Source of the DNA: Fistulifera solaris
Taxonomy: Eukaryota
NCBI GenBank assembly: GCA_030295235.1
Contig: AP026124.1
Span: 186,001 to 250,000, forward strand
DNA length: 64,000 bases
Reading direction: 5' to 3'
Below are positions 23,297-35,296 of the stretch, one piece after another. Position 1 is the first letter of the stretch. Each line of letters starts with the position of its first letter. Below the pieces are notes generated by a model that saw only the letters and a program-made list of their open reading frames with translations, made no database searches and had not been told where the DNA came from. A program made the translations under genes and the position numbers.

Positions 23297-26200
23297 ATGG
23301 CATCTGAGTACGACAACAAACCGGAAGCAGGTGCCTCTCCTCGCGCATTTTGTCCCCCCGGCCTCGATATCGATCAGATGGAAAGCCTCGTGGAGAATTT
23401 CGCCAAAGAAGATACTTTTGAAAGCAAAACAATCACTCGAATTATTGTCGAGAGGTATCTTTCCAAGGTGTGTTAACAAAAGGATCGAAATTATTCTATT
23501 GTGTATAGGAGGCTTTCAGCTCATTTGCTTTTCTCAATCTAGATCCTTTGGTACAATCCAGCACAAAATTACAAAAATGCTCCTTCGTTAAACAAGGCAT
23601 ACGCTTACTTTGAGCACATTACACTGCCACGGTACATTGTTGGCGATAATCAGGCCGGACATGTGATGCATCGGGCCGAACCGGGTGAGAGCTCGCTAAA
23701 AACGGAGCTCTATCCGGCTTTTACCACTCCTCCGTCCAGTCTCATCGAATGGGGGATCGGCATTGATATGTATTTTTCCAGTATTCGCTTGTTAGGACTG
23801 CTCTTATTGCTTGCCGGTTTGATGCATTTGCCCAATGTCTTCTTTTATGCGAGTGCGGAATACAGTCCGGATGGTCGGAATGCCGATTTTCCATTGGCGC
23901 TGAAAGGGACCGCTGTTTGCACTACCGGGGAATGGGTCGTGTGCGACGAGAGTTGTCGGGGGAAGTGGAGCAGTTCTGAGGCAGAGGAGCAAAGATACTT
24001 GCTGGATGGAGATACGATCTTGGTCTTTCGCAACACGTGTGAGGGTGGTCAGTTCCAACAAGGGATCGTCAATTATATTGTGCTGATCTTTTATTGGTCA
24101 CCATCTCCCTTTTTATTTACTATCTTCGCGCGCGAGAAATCCGGTTCGATGAAGACAAGTACGTCTTGGTAATATCAATACTTGTCAATACTTTTTCTCT
24201 CTTCAATCTGTTCTCATCCTCTGTCGTTTAACGCAGGCTGACAGCAACCGATTACAGTGTTCTGGTGGCAAATCCTCCTCCCGATGCCATTGACCCCGAT
24301 GAATGGAGGGATTTTTTCAATCAGTTTGCCGATAAAGGGGGAGGTGTGACAGCTGTCACAATTGCGCTGAACAACGAGGAGTTGCTTCAAAAACTGATTT
24401 ACCGCCGTGTGCACCGCAACAATTTGAGGATGAAGCTACCCAAAGGTATCGACATGGACGATGAAGACATGGTCCGATCTGCCGTTGCCGACTATATGCG
24501 TGAAACGGAAGCGGAACCCAGAGGTCCACTGTATCGGCTCTTTTCGTGTACTCTTCTACCTCTTTTGAATTTGTTTGGGATGCTTCTGTCAGCGGATGTT
24601 TTGGTAGATAAGGTCTTTGCGTTGACGGAAGAAATCAAAGAGCTTCAAAAGAAAAAATACGATGCTGTAAAGGTTTTTGTTACATTCGAAACGGAAGCAG
24701 GGCAGAGATCAGCGTTGTCCGCCCTTGCGGTTAGCAGACTTGATATCATGTTCAACAAGACCGATAACGTGCCACCCAGCATTGTCTTTCACGATACGGT
24801 TCTTAAAGTATCGGAGCCCAAGGAACCGAATTCGATTCGATGGCTTGATCTTAGCGCCGGAACGTTCCAGCGCGTCGTATGGAGACTGATCAATGCCGTC
24901 ATTACCCTCGGCATTGTTTCGTTTACGGGATATCTGGTGACTCAGGCTCGATACAATGTTGGTACAAGTTTGTCGTCCATTATGGTCTCAGTCTTCAATT
25001 CTATCATTCCTGTGGTCGTCAAAATATTGATGATATTTGAAAAGCACCATACGGAAGGAACGTTTCAGTCTAGCTTATATCTCAAGATTACGCTATTTCG
25101 ATGGGTCAATACGGCGCTTCTAACGAAGTTACTTACTCCTTTCACCATGACACTTTCAGATCGGAAGGAGGATGTCATTCGGCAGATTAATGCAATTCTC
25201 TGGGCGGAACTCTGGCTGGTACCGGGAATGCGATTGCTGGATATTTCCAGTAATATCAAAAGCACATTCTTGCACCTAGGGCGCACACGCAAGAGGAAAT
25301 GAATTTGTGGTTTCAAGGAACTGGTTTCAATCTCGGTGAAAGATACACTGACCTAACCAAAGTGCTATTTGTCTGTTTCTTCTATTCGGCTCTCATGCCT
25401 ACGGTTTTCTTCTTTGGATCCGCAATCTTGTTTCTGCAGTACTTCGTAAGTAAAGGCAGTTTTTATTTTTGGGCTGTGGCATTGACGCATGAACTCAGTC
25501 CTTACTCTTTTGTCCTGATTTAAGGCTGATTTGTACTGTCTAACCCGCATATGGGGTTGGAGTCCCTCTATCGGTAATGAATTGGCCAGATTCAGTCGTC
25601 GTTACTTTTTTACAGGATCGTTACTTGCTTACGCTATCGTGTCCGCATATGCATTTGCGCAGTTCCCTTATGATAACGTTTGCGATACGTCAGACCAGAA
25701 CACTATCAATAAGTTTACCTACACTAACGCAGTGTTTCAAAATGGGACAGCATACGGTAGGACGGTCGAGGTATCACAAGATGCGCGAGTTCAGTTCTGT
25801 GATCAGAGCTATCCGCACTTTGAAGGATTTGTTTTCCCACCTACGGAGAGGGTCCAGCGACTGGGCCAGAAGTGGATGTCTGATTCCCAGGCTATGTTGT
25901 CCAACCTTTATGGATTCACGGCATTGGTTCTAGTTCTTATTTACATCGTAATCTTCTTTGGAGCGTCGTTGCGAAACTTCTTTGTTTCATGGTTTCGCGG
26001 CGTGTACGTAACCGACGGCCAAGATCAGCATATCGATTTCTCGGCCCACCCTGGAATAGTTTGTTACGTGCCGCAAGTTCGGTGGGCGGGGTTCCCTTTT
26101 CCATTTTTGGCTTGCGATATTGACAGAATAGACCAGGATTTTATTGGATGGAATGACCCTCATCGATCCTACGATCATCACAATTTAATGTTTGATGTAC

Positions 26201-26421
26201 CTTGGGATGGAATGCCGAGGAAGAAAATAATCTACGAGAATACCCGAGGGAAGAAACAGATTGCTGCGCATGATGGCTTCCAGGAAAACTCGAATCGTTT
26301 ATCCGTGAAAACAAAATCTGGTCAGGTTTGTGCTGCTCGACCGATTTTCTCTATAATCAATCACTATCCTCCGGAATGGGTGTTGAATCTGGGATTTGAT
26401 GTTGATAAGAAAACTGATTAG
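23297..26421 (+). CDS. OSCA/TMEM63 (CSC1-like) cation channel, multi-exon
   Basis: MASEYDNK... exon 1; TATDYSVLV, FVTFETE, EPNSIRWLDL and ERYTDLTK motifs; many TM helices; introns at ~23468, ~24159 and ~25446; two indels. Confidence 0.75.
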
Positions 26422-26547
26422 CCTAGTAGAACTTGAATTTCAAAATGTATGTTTTTCGTTAAATCGATGGACTAGCGTTTAGTAGACAACGTTCAAAAAG
26501 GACTTTGAGTAATCATGCACAGAACGTTGCGGACTTTCCAAATGCAT

Positions 26548-28266
26548 TTAGCCTTCCAAGTCGATTACATGTGGCCAGAATCCTCCCCAACGACTTTTTC
26601 GAGCTGCGGCATAGAGACCAGGTGCAGCAATCGATGCTGACTTACTCACTTTGTACCTAGCGATCCTACCTGGTGCAGTACAGCCTTCAACAAATACGTG
26701 TCCCTTCTTTTTCCTGGGTGCTCGTACGATACGAGAAAAAGAAGAACGCTCTTCCCGTACTATTTCCAAACCCAAAGCACTTTCATCACTGTGCGATAGA
26801 TATGCTTCTTCAAACGTTTGCACTCTTTGATCGAGGTCTTGAAACGCTATCATTGCATCCTGAACATCGTCTTCCACACGTATGCGAGAATTCACCAAAC
26901 TTTCTTTGAGAAGCTGTGTGAGCGTATTGTCGACTTCCTGGCTGCTGTCGGAATCGATCAATTTCGATCGCTTCTGTACCACCAAATAAGAAAATTTCTC
27001 ACTTTTACTCTTTCCTCGCTGCGCCGGTAGCGAATGGACGAAACTACAGTAACCTCGGGACATTTCGGGTTGCTCCACTTCGTCTTCATCGATCTCTATA
27101 TTTTCATTGTCTTCGTCGTCCGTTTCATCCTTATCTTGTACTACGTCTTGTTGTGTTTTCTTCCAATTGTTAGGTCTGGAGTGCGGTGGCAACCGTTCCA
27201 ATGGACATGGTCCATGATGTGTACAGGGAGCGAGTATGCAAAAATCGTCTTGTGTATCCTCTTGTGAAGCGGCTAGTAAGAAATTCCGCACCATCCGGAT
27301 GGTGGCAAAGCCATCGGGCGTACCAGGCTCAATGACAACTAGCACTCCCTGATCGTTTAACTTTTCCCACAAGAGTGTAATGACCGACAGTGCTGCGGAT
27401 CCATATGGCAATTCGGTCAATCCATAGGCACAGAGCGCTAAATCGAACGAAGCCATTTCGGACGAAGTGGCGTCTTCTTTGTTGGACGAGGACAAATACG
27501 ATGAAAATGTCACTCGCGGAGGTAGATTGTGTCGTTCCAAAATGTCTTGAAGTATTTCTTGAGCACAGTGCCGCATAGTTTGTGACGGATCAATCCCATG
27601 AATCCATTCAATGTGTGTTGATGCTTTATAGTCATCTACCGAATGGTTCGAGAAGAACACTTCCAGTGCCGCAGCGGACGCACTGCCACAGCCAATCCCA
27701 AAGTCCAGAATTTTCCGTGGCTGCCATGAGGAGTCAATAATACCTTTGGGTTTCATGAGCAACGCTTGTGTTTCTTGTAAGACGCGACTGACGACCGCGT
27801 AGTTGGGTTGGAAGCGAAAATATAAGGATGCCCACGTTTCTTCTCTTCCGTATAAAACCAACGGCGTATCGGACTTTTTTGCTGGATCATTCCGCAACAG
27901 TCTCCTTCGTTCGGCTTCTCGTTGTTTAACGAGATTTTTGTGTACATTGACGATACGATCTTGGTAGACTTGTTGTAAATGTTTGCGTTTGTGCAGTTGA
28001 GGAACGGATGGTAAGGCTCCCGCATCCGTCACTCTCCAAGGTGCTCGTGCGGGAAGTTCGAGTAATGTTTTCCAGGGTTGTCGCTCATCCGTTTCGTCGT
28101 CCTCTTCCTCCAAATCATTCGGATCGACCGCCGCCGGACGAGAAAGGGACGGTTGTGTGGCGGATGTAGTTATTTGTCGCGTGCTGATCCGCGTCAGTTG
28201 GGTTTGGAGGGAAGAAGAAGATGGTTTACGCTTCGTAAGCAAACAACAAGTTTTTGATCGTATCAT
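26548..28266 (-). CDS. RSM22: Mitoribosome small-subunit assembly factor RSM22/METTL17-like
   Basis: LDFGIGCG SAM-binding motif, IEPGTPDGF, APCTHHGPCP, EKFSYLV, ARKSRWG; mitochondrial-type presequence from ATG 28266. Confidence 0.88.
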   Translation of the reverse strand: MIRSKTCCLLTKRKPSSSSLQTQLTRISTRQITTSATQPSLSRPAAVDPNDLEEEDDETDERQPWKTLLELPARAPWRVTDAGALPSVPQLHKRKHLQQVYQDRIVNVHKNLVKQREAERRRLLRNDPAKKSDTPLVLYGREETWASLYFRFQPNYAVVSRVLQETQALLMKPKGIIDSSWQPRKILDFGIGCGSASAAALEVFFSNHSVDDYKASTHIEWIHGIDPSQTMRHCAQEILQDILERHNLPPRVTFSSYLSSSNKEDATSSEMASFDLALCAYGLTELPYGSAALSVITLLWEKLNDQGVLVVIEPGTPDGFATIRMVRNFLLAASQEDTQDDFCILAPCTHHGPCPLERLPPHSRPNNWKKTQQDVVQDKDETDDEDNENIEIDEDEVEQPEMSRGYCSFVHSLPAQRGKSKSEKFSYLVVQKRSKLIDSDSSQEVDNTLTQLLKESLVNSRIRVEDDVQDAMIAFQDLDQRVQTFEEAYLSHSDESALGLEIVREERSSFSRIVRAPRKKKGHVFVEGCTAPGRIARYKVSKSASIAAPGLYAAARKSRWGGFWPHVIDLEG

Positions 28267-28925
28267 TGTTATTCGTTCCCTTGTACAAATACAAATTATT
28301 GCTAGATAATCTTTCACTTGATGATGGCAATGCAAAAGGAGTGCGATGGATGCGATCACAGGATTTTTTTTCCTTGAGGTCCTTGATGGGCCATGTGCCT
28401 GAAATGCGTCTTGCCTTCATCCGTCGTCGGGACGGAAAATGCCGTCGTACCTGGTACGGTATACAAAGCAGTATCCAAAAAATCTGTGACTATCGATCCA
28501 AGTGTAAGCGACCGTTCTCCACGACCGCATTTCAGTCATGAATCATAATTTTTCCGACCAAAACTACGTCAACATATTACCTGGTACTGGTTCGGTACCA
28601 TAGCTCATACCTCATACCCTTTGTATGCTAAAATACCGTTGTACCTTGTACTTATTTCGATGCTAGGGCTGATTTACCAGGTACACCCTAGAAAGAAAAG
28701 AAATCGTCTTTTTTCGAAAATGGGCTGCGCCACGTTTCTACTAATGTCCGTCCTTCGCACGACGCAAGATACCAGGGTACTGAAACTGCATGGATGGCGA
28801 ATGGCGACCATCTCGCGATCGCGATCACCAAACGGCAACCACTCCATGCTGGTGGACCTTTTTGGATTTTTATTGCTCGGGAGCGAAGCGAGCGATGGGC
28901 AGACGCCGAAAGGCGTCTTTCTCAA

Positions 28926-29566
28926 TAAATTTTCGCGTTTCGTCGTTCGCACAAACACCACACCCCCATATTTTCTGGGTACGTCACAACACCGCACTCC
29001 CATATTTTCTGGGTAGGTGAACCACTCGCCCATATTTTCTGGGTACGTGAAAACACCACTCCCCCATATTTTCTGGGTACGTGAAAACACCACACACCAC
29101 ACTCCCATATTTTCTGGGTACGTCACAACACCGCACTCCCATATTTTCTGGATACGTGAAAACACCACACCCCCCCTATTTTCTGGGTACGTGAAAACAC
29201 CACACACCACACTCCCATATTTTCTGGGTTCGTGAAAACACCACACTCCCATATTTTCTGGGTAGGTGAACCACTCGCCCATATTTTCTGGGTACGTGAA
29301 AACACCACTCCCCCATATTTTCTGGGTACGTGAAAACACCACACACCACACTCCCATATTTTCTGGGTACGTCACAACACCGCACTCCCATATTTTCTGG
29401 GTACGTGAAAACACCACTCCCCCATATTTTCTGGGTAAGTGAAAACACCACACTCCCATATTTTCTGGGTACGTCACAACACCACACTCCCATATTTTCT
29501 GCCATATTTTCATGGTACGGTACAAGTACAGTTTTCGCGTAAATTTTCGCGTTTCGTCGTTCGCAC
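28926..29566 (+). repeat. 27-bp perfect direct repeats bracketing the array
   Basis: TAAATTTTCGCGTTTCGTCGTTCGCAC at 28926-28952 and 29540-29566. Confidence 0.95.
28965..29517 (+). repeat. Minisatellite array inside the transposon: 16 cores CCCATATTTTCTGGGTA plus a degenerate end, unit lengths 30/34/35/41 bp
   Basis: Cores start at 28965, 28999, 29029, 29063, 29104, 29138, 29173, 29214, 29248, 29278, 29312, 29353, 29387, 29421, 29455 and 29489. Confidence 0.97.
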
Positions 29567-30744
29567 CAAACCTTCGTTCCTCAATAAATTTCTTTCGTCG
29601 CCATCGACATCAAACTAGCGTTTTCAATCGAATTTCGCGTAGCTTTTGCTCTTTTTAGCTCAATACACTTTCGTATGAATATGCGATTTATAAATGAGCA
29701 GTTTCTTGGCGATCCTTGAGGGTAAGAGTGCCGATTTGTCGGCTTTTAATTCCCTGTCGACAGAGATAACATTGCCGACAAAAGATCTCCGAAAGCCGAG
29801 AAACATTCTGACGCCATTCTGTGGCAATGCTCAAAAGCATCTTGCTTCGCTTCAGACGTTCTCACAAGAAAAGGCTTCTTTATCGTCCCATTCTTGCTAA
29901 TCGATTTTCGCTTCAAAATTTTCTTTCTCCTTGCGTCGGATCATCATCTTCGCACGAGCGACAGAACCGCTTAGATTCAAATAAACTTAAGTCAATAGTA
30001 ACGATTAATGAATATATTTTTCCTCTTACCAATAAAACATCTATTTTTCCTCTGATATATCATTGTCGGGACCAAACTGAGTATTTACTTTGTACGCGAA
30101 ACTCGCTTTATGGCTTTCGGAATCGAGGCCAAATGCACGCTTCCTGACGGTTATTGTTGATTCACAGCTCTTCATTCAAAATTTAGAGATATTGCGGATT
30201 TTTGAGGCAAGTTACAAGCCGAGAAAAAGTAAGAGCAACCCGGCCCAATCCGAAAAGATATCGCCACTGCCTTTCCACAGAGCTTTTCTTGAGCGCTGCG
30301 TACGAAGTCATCACATAAACTACTATTCATCCTCATTTCAATCCACAGGATGTAAAAATCGCTGGTTTATGCAACAATAGCTTGATCCAAAAATGACCAT
30401 GGATCGCCATTTTTTAAACCCGCCCGCCCGGATCGCGTACAGGCGCTTTAAAAGTCGCTTTTGGATAACGCATTCTGATTGGTTGGACCTGATTGTGATT
30501 GGCTGCATCCAAAAAGTTTTTTGGATGGCATGTCGCTAAGGTATGTCTTCCTCCTAAGTAAATCCAACGGCGGACGGTCCAAAAAGGTCCACCAGAATGG
30601 AGTGGTTGCCCACCAAACACCGCAAAGTTAACAGGGGAAGTGTTGTTCGTTCCTGTTTTGCAAACAATAGAAACTAGAAACAATAGTTACTTGTACAAGG
30701 TAATGCCAAACAATTCAAATCAATAGGAAACCCTTTGACGGAAA

Positions 30745-33700
30745 ATGAAGAAAAGAAAGAGAGAAAGTGGAGACCTTCCGGAACGAACGAAGCCGTCCGT
30801 TTCGGTGACAAACGAAAAGTCGGATGATTTTCTTCTTCATGTCCTCCATGTATCCGAGTTCGTCACAGCCAAAACAATTCCCAACACTACGCAATTGGTG
30901 TCGTTAGATTGCATATTGGAAGCTCTCAAAGAAAAGAAAGCAATGCCCGGTTGTCCAATATCCAAAAATGACGTCTGTTTGCTTCTCCTACCGTGGGCTG
31001 TCCGTAACGTGCTTTCCGGGACGAACCTCACACGCTCGATCTGGTACACATTGCTCGTATCGATGGATATCCTTGTCAATTTTGATCACAATCATGCCAA
31101 GTATTCGCTTTCCAATCAAGTTTTGACACAAAGCACTCTTTTCAAACTGTGCCCCAGAGTAGCGTTGTTCATTGCGTCGAATAAAGAAGAAGAAGATGAT
31201 GACGCATCCTTTCACGTCGAACTAGAACACTCAGCCAAGTCCTGTGCCACCAAGGCGTACGTTATTCTTACCGAAAAGCTATTTCATCCAACAATGGATG
31301 TTGCTTGCAAGTCTCTGCTTTTACCAATTCTAGAGAAAGAGACTCAGGTTTCTTCCCATTACGATATGGTTTTGATGGCTACAATGAATCTGATTCATCG
31401 TTTAGTTGTTCACGGCAAAGGAAATCCAAAGACAACATTCCAGTTAATCGCCAGTGCTCCCATCCTAACTGCCTTGTCTAAAGTTTACTGCTATTCTCGA
31501 TCCAGAAGCACTGTCGATGAACATGTTTCTGGACAGGTTCTGACGCTTGTAAAGAAAATCTTTTCCTTCGGCTTGTTCCATCCTGCTCACCATCTTCAAG
31601 GATTTTATTCTCTCCTTCACAAAACGAAGACTGCTCCGTTTTCAAGAGATGCTAGGGTGCCGCGTCAGAAAGACAATGATGATTCGTCGTTCCGTTGTTA
31701 TCAAGAGGAGCTTCTCAAAACGGTAGAACAATCGTTGTCAAAGAATGATACGGAATTTACGGAGATTGTTTCGATCATTCATGGCGTCTCGTTACTGTTC
31801 CAGGTGTTTTTGGAACAAAAATTGGAAGAACGTGGGGATACTTTGTCCAAGAAAAAATCGCAAACGCTGGACCCCGCCAATATGCAATTTCAAATGTTTG
31901 CTAGATGGGTGGTGCGACTTCAGCATCTCGTAGAGAATGGCGTTGAAGCGATACGTTTCGCCGCGCTACAAGCGATATTGTCCATGCTGGAATCGCTTCT
32001 TGCACACAACGCTTATTCCGCGTCACAGCACGATGAGAATGGGTATTTTTTCAATTTTTTAGCTGGAATCTATCATCAAGTTTCTGCAACAACCACTGTC
32101 AAAACACGCAAAACAGGAAGCCTTGAGTCTATCATTCCCATTTTTGTTGTTCTTTTGCGCTTAAATCACCGTCTCGTGCATGATTCGTTGGAACGACTCG
32201 TCAGTTGTACTCTTGAAGTTGGTGTTCACGGAAATGAAGAGCGAGCTGCGGATTTACTCGTTGAAGCGTTTTCGTCTTACGAAAAGCTTCGACAACAAAG
32301 TTACCTTGTTGAAGCAATTTTGAAAGCACTCGCTCTGCTGCGATTGAAAGAGAATGACGCGGAAACGTATTTGTTCCTAAACCTTTTAAGGACTGAGAGA
32401 GTTCGCGCAACGGCATCGCACGCACTTCAGAGCTGTCCGATATTAATTGTGAAAGAAATATTCAGTATATTCGAGGAGTGGTTTGTTTTCGCAGTATCGA
32501 AGAAAGACAATGAACCCCAAACTGCCAGAGTGTGTCTCTATGTTGCCGCTGACGTGTTTGAAGTTCTTTGTCAAAGTATAATTGTGGACAAAACAACGGC
32601 TTCACATATTGCTGAGATGTGTGAGCATTTCATGGAGCATGCTGTGTCTAGTTTTGCTATTGGAATGATTGGTACTACAGGGTCTGTTAACAGCGCTCTT
32701 GCTGACATATCATCGAGCTTATGTGGTGGAATAATAGATCTGCACATTCGTTGTGCGTTCTGGCTGGGTCGGACGAATCATATTGTTATCCCTTCATTGC
32801 TGTGCGAGCACTTATCCAATTTTAGATACCTAGAGCCAAGCAAGTTGTCCCATTTTGCTGGAATGTTTTGTGGAGTCGCTCTTTTAGCTTGCAACCGACT
32901 GACGCAGATTGACACCGAAATACACGAAGAAGAGCGCAAGACAATAGAATCAGAAGATAAAATGAGCGATTCAGATTCCCTCGTAGCGGAAGGCAAAGCG
33001 CTGGCCTCTTCCATTTTCAACCTGGGCAGTCACGTGAAGTACGACGAGCCGGGACAGTACCGCCACCCCTATCATTTCATTGCACGACACCGCTTTCAAT
33101 GGCTGAAGTATGCTGACGACGACCATATTTCCTTGTTCCTACGTTGGGTTTGTAAGGACGCACTTGTATTCACACTTGACGACTCGCAAAAGTCAGCACC
33201 GAAAACCTCCACGTTTGGTAAAGTTGATTTGTTCTTTGATAGCAGCTTTGTAAGTCACGGCGTGATTTACAAGCGACTGTTCTCCGAAGCCCTTGCTGCT
33301 GCTTTTGACCTCATAAAACTTGGCCTTTCTACTAGCGATAATGCAGACAGAGATGGGGTGTCTGATCTATTGTCCGTCCTTGATCAACCGGACAATGGTC
33401 AATCGCTGGCCGTTAGTCTTGGTCACTTGCAACAGAAAGGCATGGCTGTATTGATTGAAGTATCGGACAGTCGTTTGCCTTATCTATTTCGAAGGGCTTC
33501 CTACCTTCTTCGTGAAGTGGCCGCACCGACTATTGATTCGTGCGATACTTTCACGGACGGAAAGAAATTACTGCACATGCTGTGTAAGCTTGACCTCGCC
33601 TTTCGATCCCTGAAGTTTCCAAGCACGTTGATTATATCTGAATGGACAGCCACTCAATTTATTTTGAGAAAAGTGCTATCACATTTGTTAAACCCCTTTC

Positions 33701-35172
33701 TTTCCGAATCACTGCAAACGTGTCTTGAAACGCGCCAACAAGCTCTGGAGACTATTGAAAGAATGTTTGACTCTTTTGCGACAAATGAATATCTTAGTCT
33801 TACCAGTGAGGAAACCACTGCTTCCTGTGGACTTGAGCTTCACGTCATCTGTATTGTCGGTTCTCTTTTGGCATCGGACGCAGCGTCAGATCTAGCGACA
33901 TCTCTCAGAAATATGACTGCTCTAGCAACAGAGCGAAGAGACGTCTTAGCTCTGGTTGCTTTTAGCCGCTTCCCTTGCAGAGGGCATACGAAAGTACAAA
34001 ATTTTTAACGAATGCCCCTCCCGAGATGTAGCGACATATCTGGAAGCGCTTTGGGTGGTCGCCAAGTTGCGTTTACGAAAGGACTTGTTAGAAAGTAGCT
34101 CCTCATGCTGGCGGCTTAGGAGTGAGTGCATGCTCCTTGGTTGCGACCTTCTGAGAATCGAGTTTGATGAGAAGCAATACTTGGAGTTGTTTAATGAAAT
34201 CACGGACGATGAATCGATTTTACAAGATGAAGATGCGGCAATTGACGAATACGAATATCAATCGCGCGTTTATGTTTTTGGGTTCTTGGCGCTTACTTGC
34301 ACAGAGAGATCGCGTTGTAAGCGATTACTAAATGCAATCATCAAACAGAAAAAGAACATTCTTTACTGGATGCCGCTTTCATGAATGTGCTCATTCATAT
34401 TGCTGCAGACGACATCGACGAGTTGCTCGAAAGATTGATACAGCGCGAAGCCCCACCAGTCACTTTACGGTATCTCTTGCTATGCTTGCAATGCGCGACG
34501 GCTGAGCAAACGACTGCTGTTGCCAAAAACGCACATACGATTTTCATCCTTACCATGAACTTGCTCAATTCTAGTTTTCGTTCACAGGAGAGTCGCAACA
34601 TGGGCCTTGATACATCATTGGAAATCGTTGACTTCTTGCTAAACCACAGGGAAATGATCATCTTCCGCGAATTTGATATTGCGGTTATTTTATCGCTCCT
34701 TTGTGCAATTCTTGGTGATTGCGAACAGCACACCGGATCTGAAGTCTCTGTCTCCACCTTTTCCTGGTGCACAACAATCCTTACCTCGATGTTCCAACGC
34801 TATTCAAAGTATCTATACGCATGCGTCCCCATCGTAATCTCGCTATACTTTTGTGTGTTGAAATATGCCATGTTCGGACCTGTCGATCGAAAAGTATCGC
34901 AGCAGTTTGCTGGAGTTTGTGATCTAATGGTTGCCCACAAGGAAGTCTACAAGAAACACGTGCTAGGTATAGTTCTCGAATTCGTATCGCAGGTCGGATT
35001 TCTCTCCCTGGAACATCGAAATCGAATGCTTCCTGCCATTTATTCACTACTCGATACAATGTCAACGTATGAAATGCAACAATTGAATGCTAGCATGGGA
35101 ACAGAGCAGAAAGTTCTTTTCAGAACGATTTACCAGTCGTACCAGAAAGGACACACACACAAGGGACAGTAA
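30745..35172 (+). CDS. URB2: URB2/Npa2-like nucleolar pre-ribosomal protein
   Basis: Long helical ORF set joined across indels at ~33960 and ~34355; C-terminus KKHVLGIVLEFV...LPAIYSLLD...FRTIYQSYQKGHTHKGQ resembles the Urb2 domain; N-terminal KKRKR NLS. Confidence 0.7.
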
Positions 35173-35296
35173 TGCATATTTTAAAATTAAGCTACTGAAC
35201 TACACCAAATCATCCCAGTCCTAGTGTTTTCATTTTCAAGATACGACGATGACAAGCACGCAATCACCATTTTATTTTTGTCTGTTTCTGTTAGTC

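Larger units (their letters stand above)
28834..30610. mobile_element. Non-autonomous TIR DNA transposon, 1,777 bp, Merlin/IS1595-like ends
   Basis: Left TIR GGCAACCACTCCATGCTGGTGGACCTTTTTGGA (28834-28866) matches the reverse complement of 30578-30610 at 32/33; 8-bp TSD CACCAAAC at 28826-28833 and 30611-30618; no transposase ORF inside. Confidence 0.93.

Noticed and set aside
28965..29517. CRISPR or TIGR-type guide array
   Set aside because: Linkers are short (13-24 nt), mutually homologous and reused rather than unique; no cas, Tas or Fanzor/TnpB ORF in the window; eukaryotic context inside a TIR element
28674..29525. 283-aa minus-strand ORF and overlapping repeat ORFs
   Set aside because: They simply translate the minisatellite through rotating frames and run across the TIR into flanking DNA
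29694..30380. Three short plus-strand ORFs inside the element as transposase remnants
   Set aside because: No recognisable DDE/IS1595 motifs or zinc finger by eye; a sensitive translated HMM search would be needed to exclude decayed remnants
29580..30400. Diatom-type low-GC centromere
   Set aside because: Only modestly AT-rich, under 1 kb and fully enclosed by TIRs and a TSD
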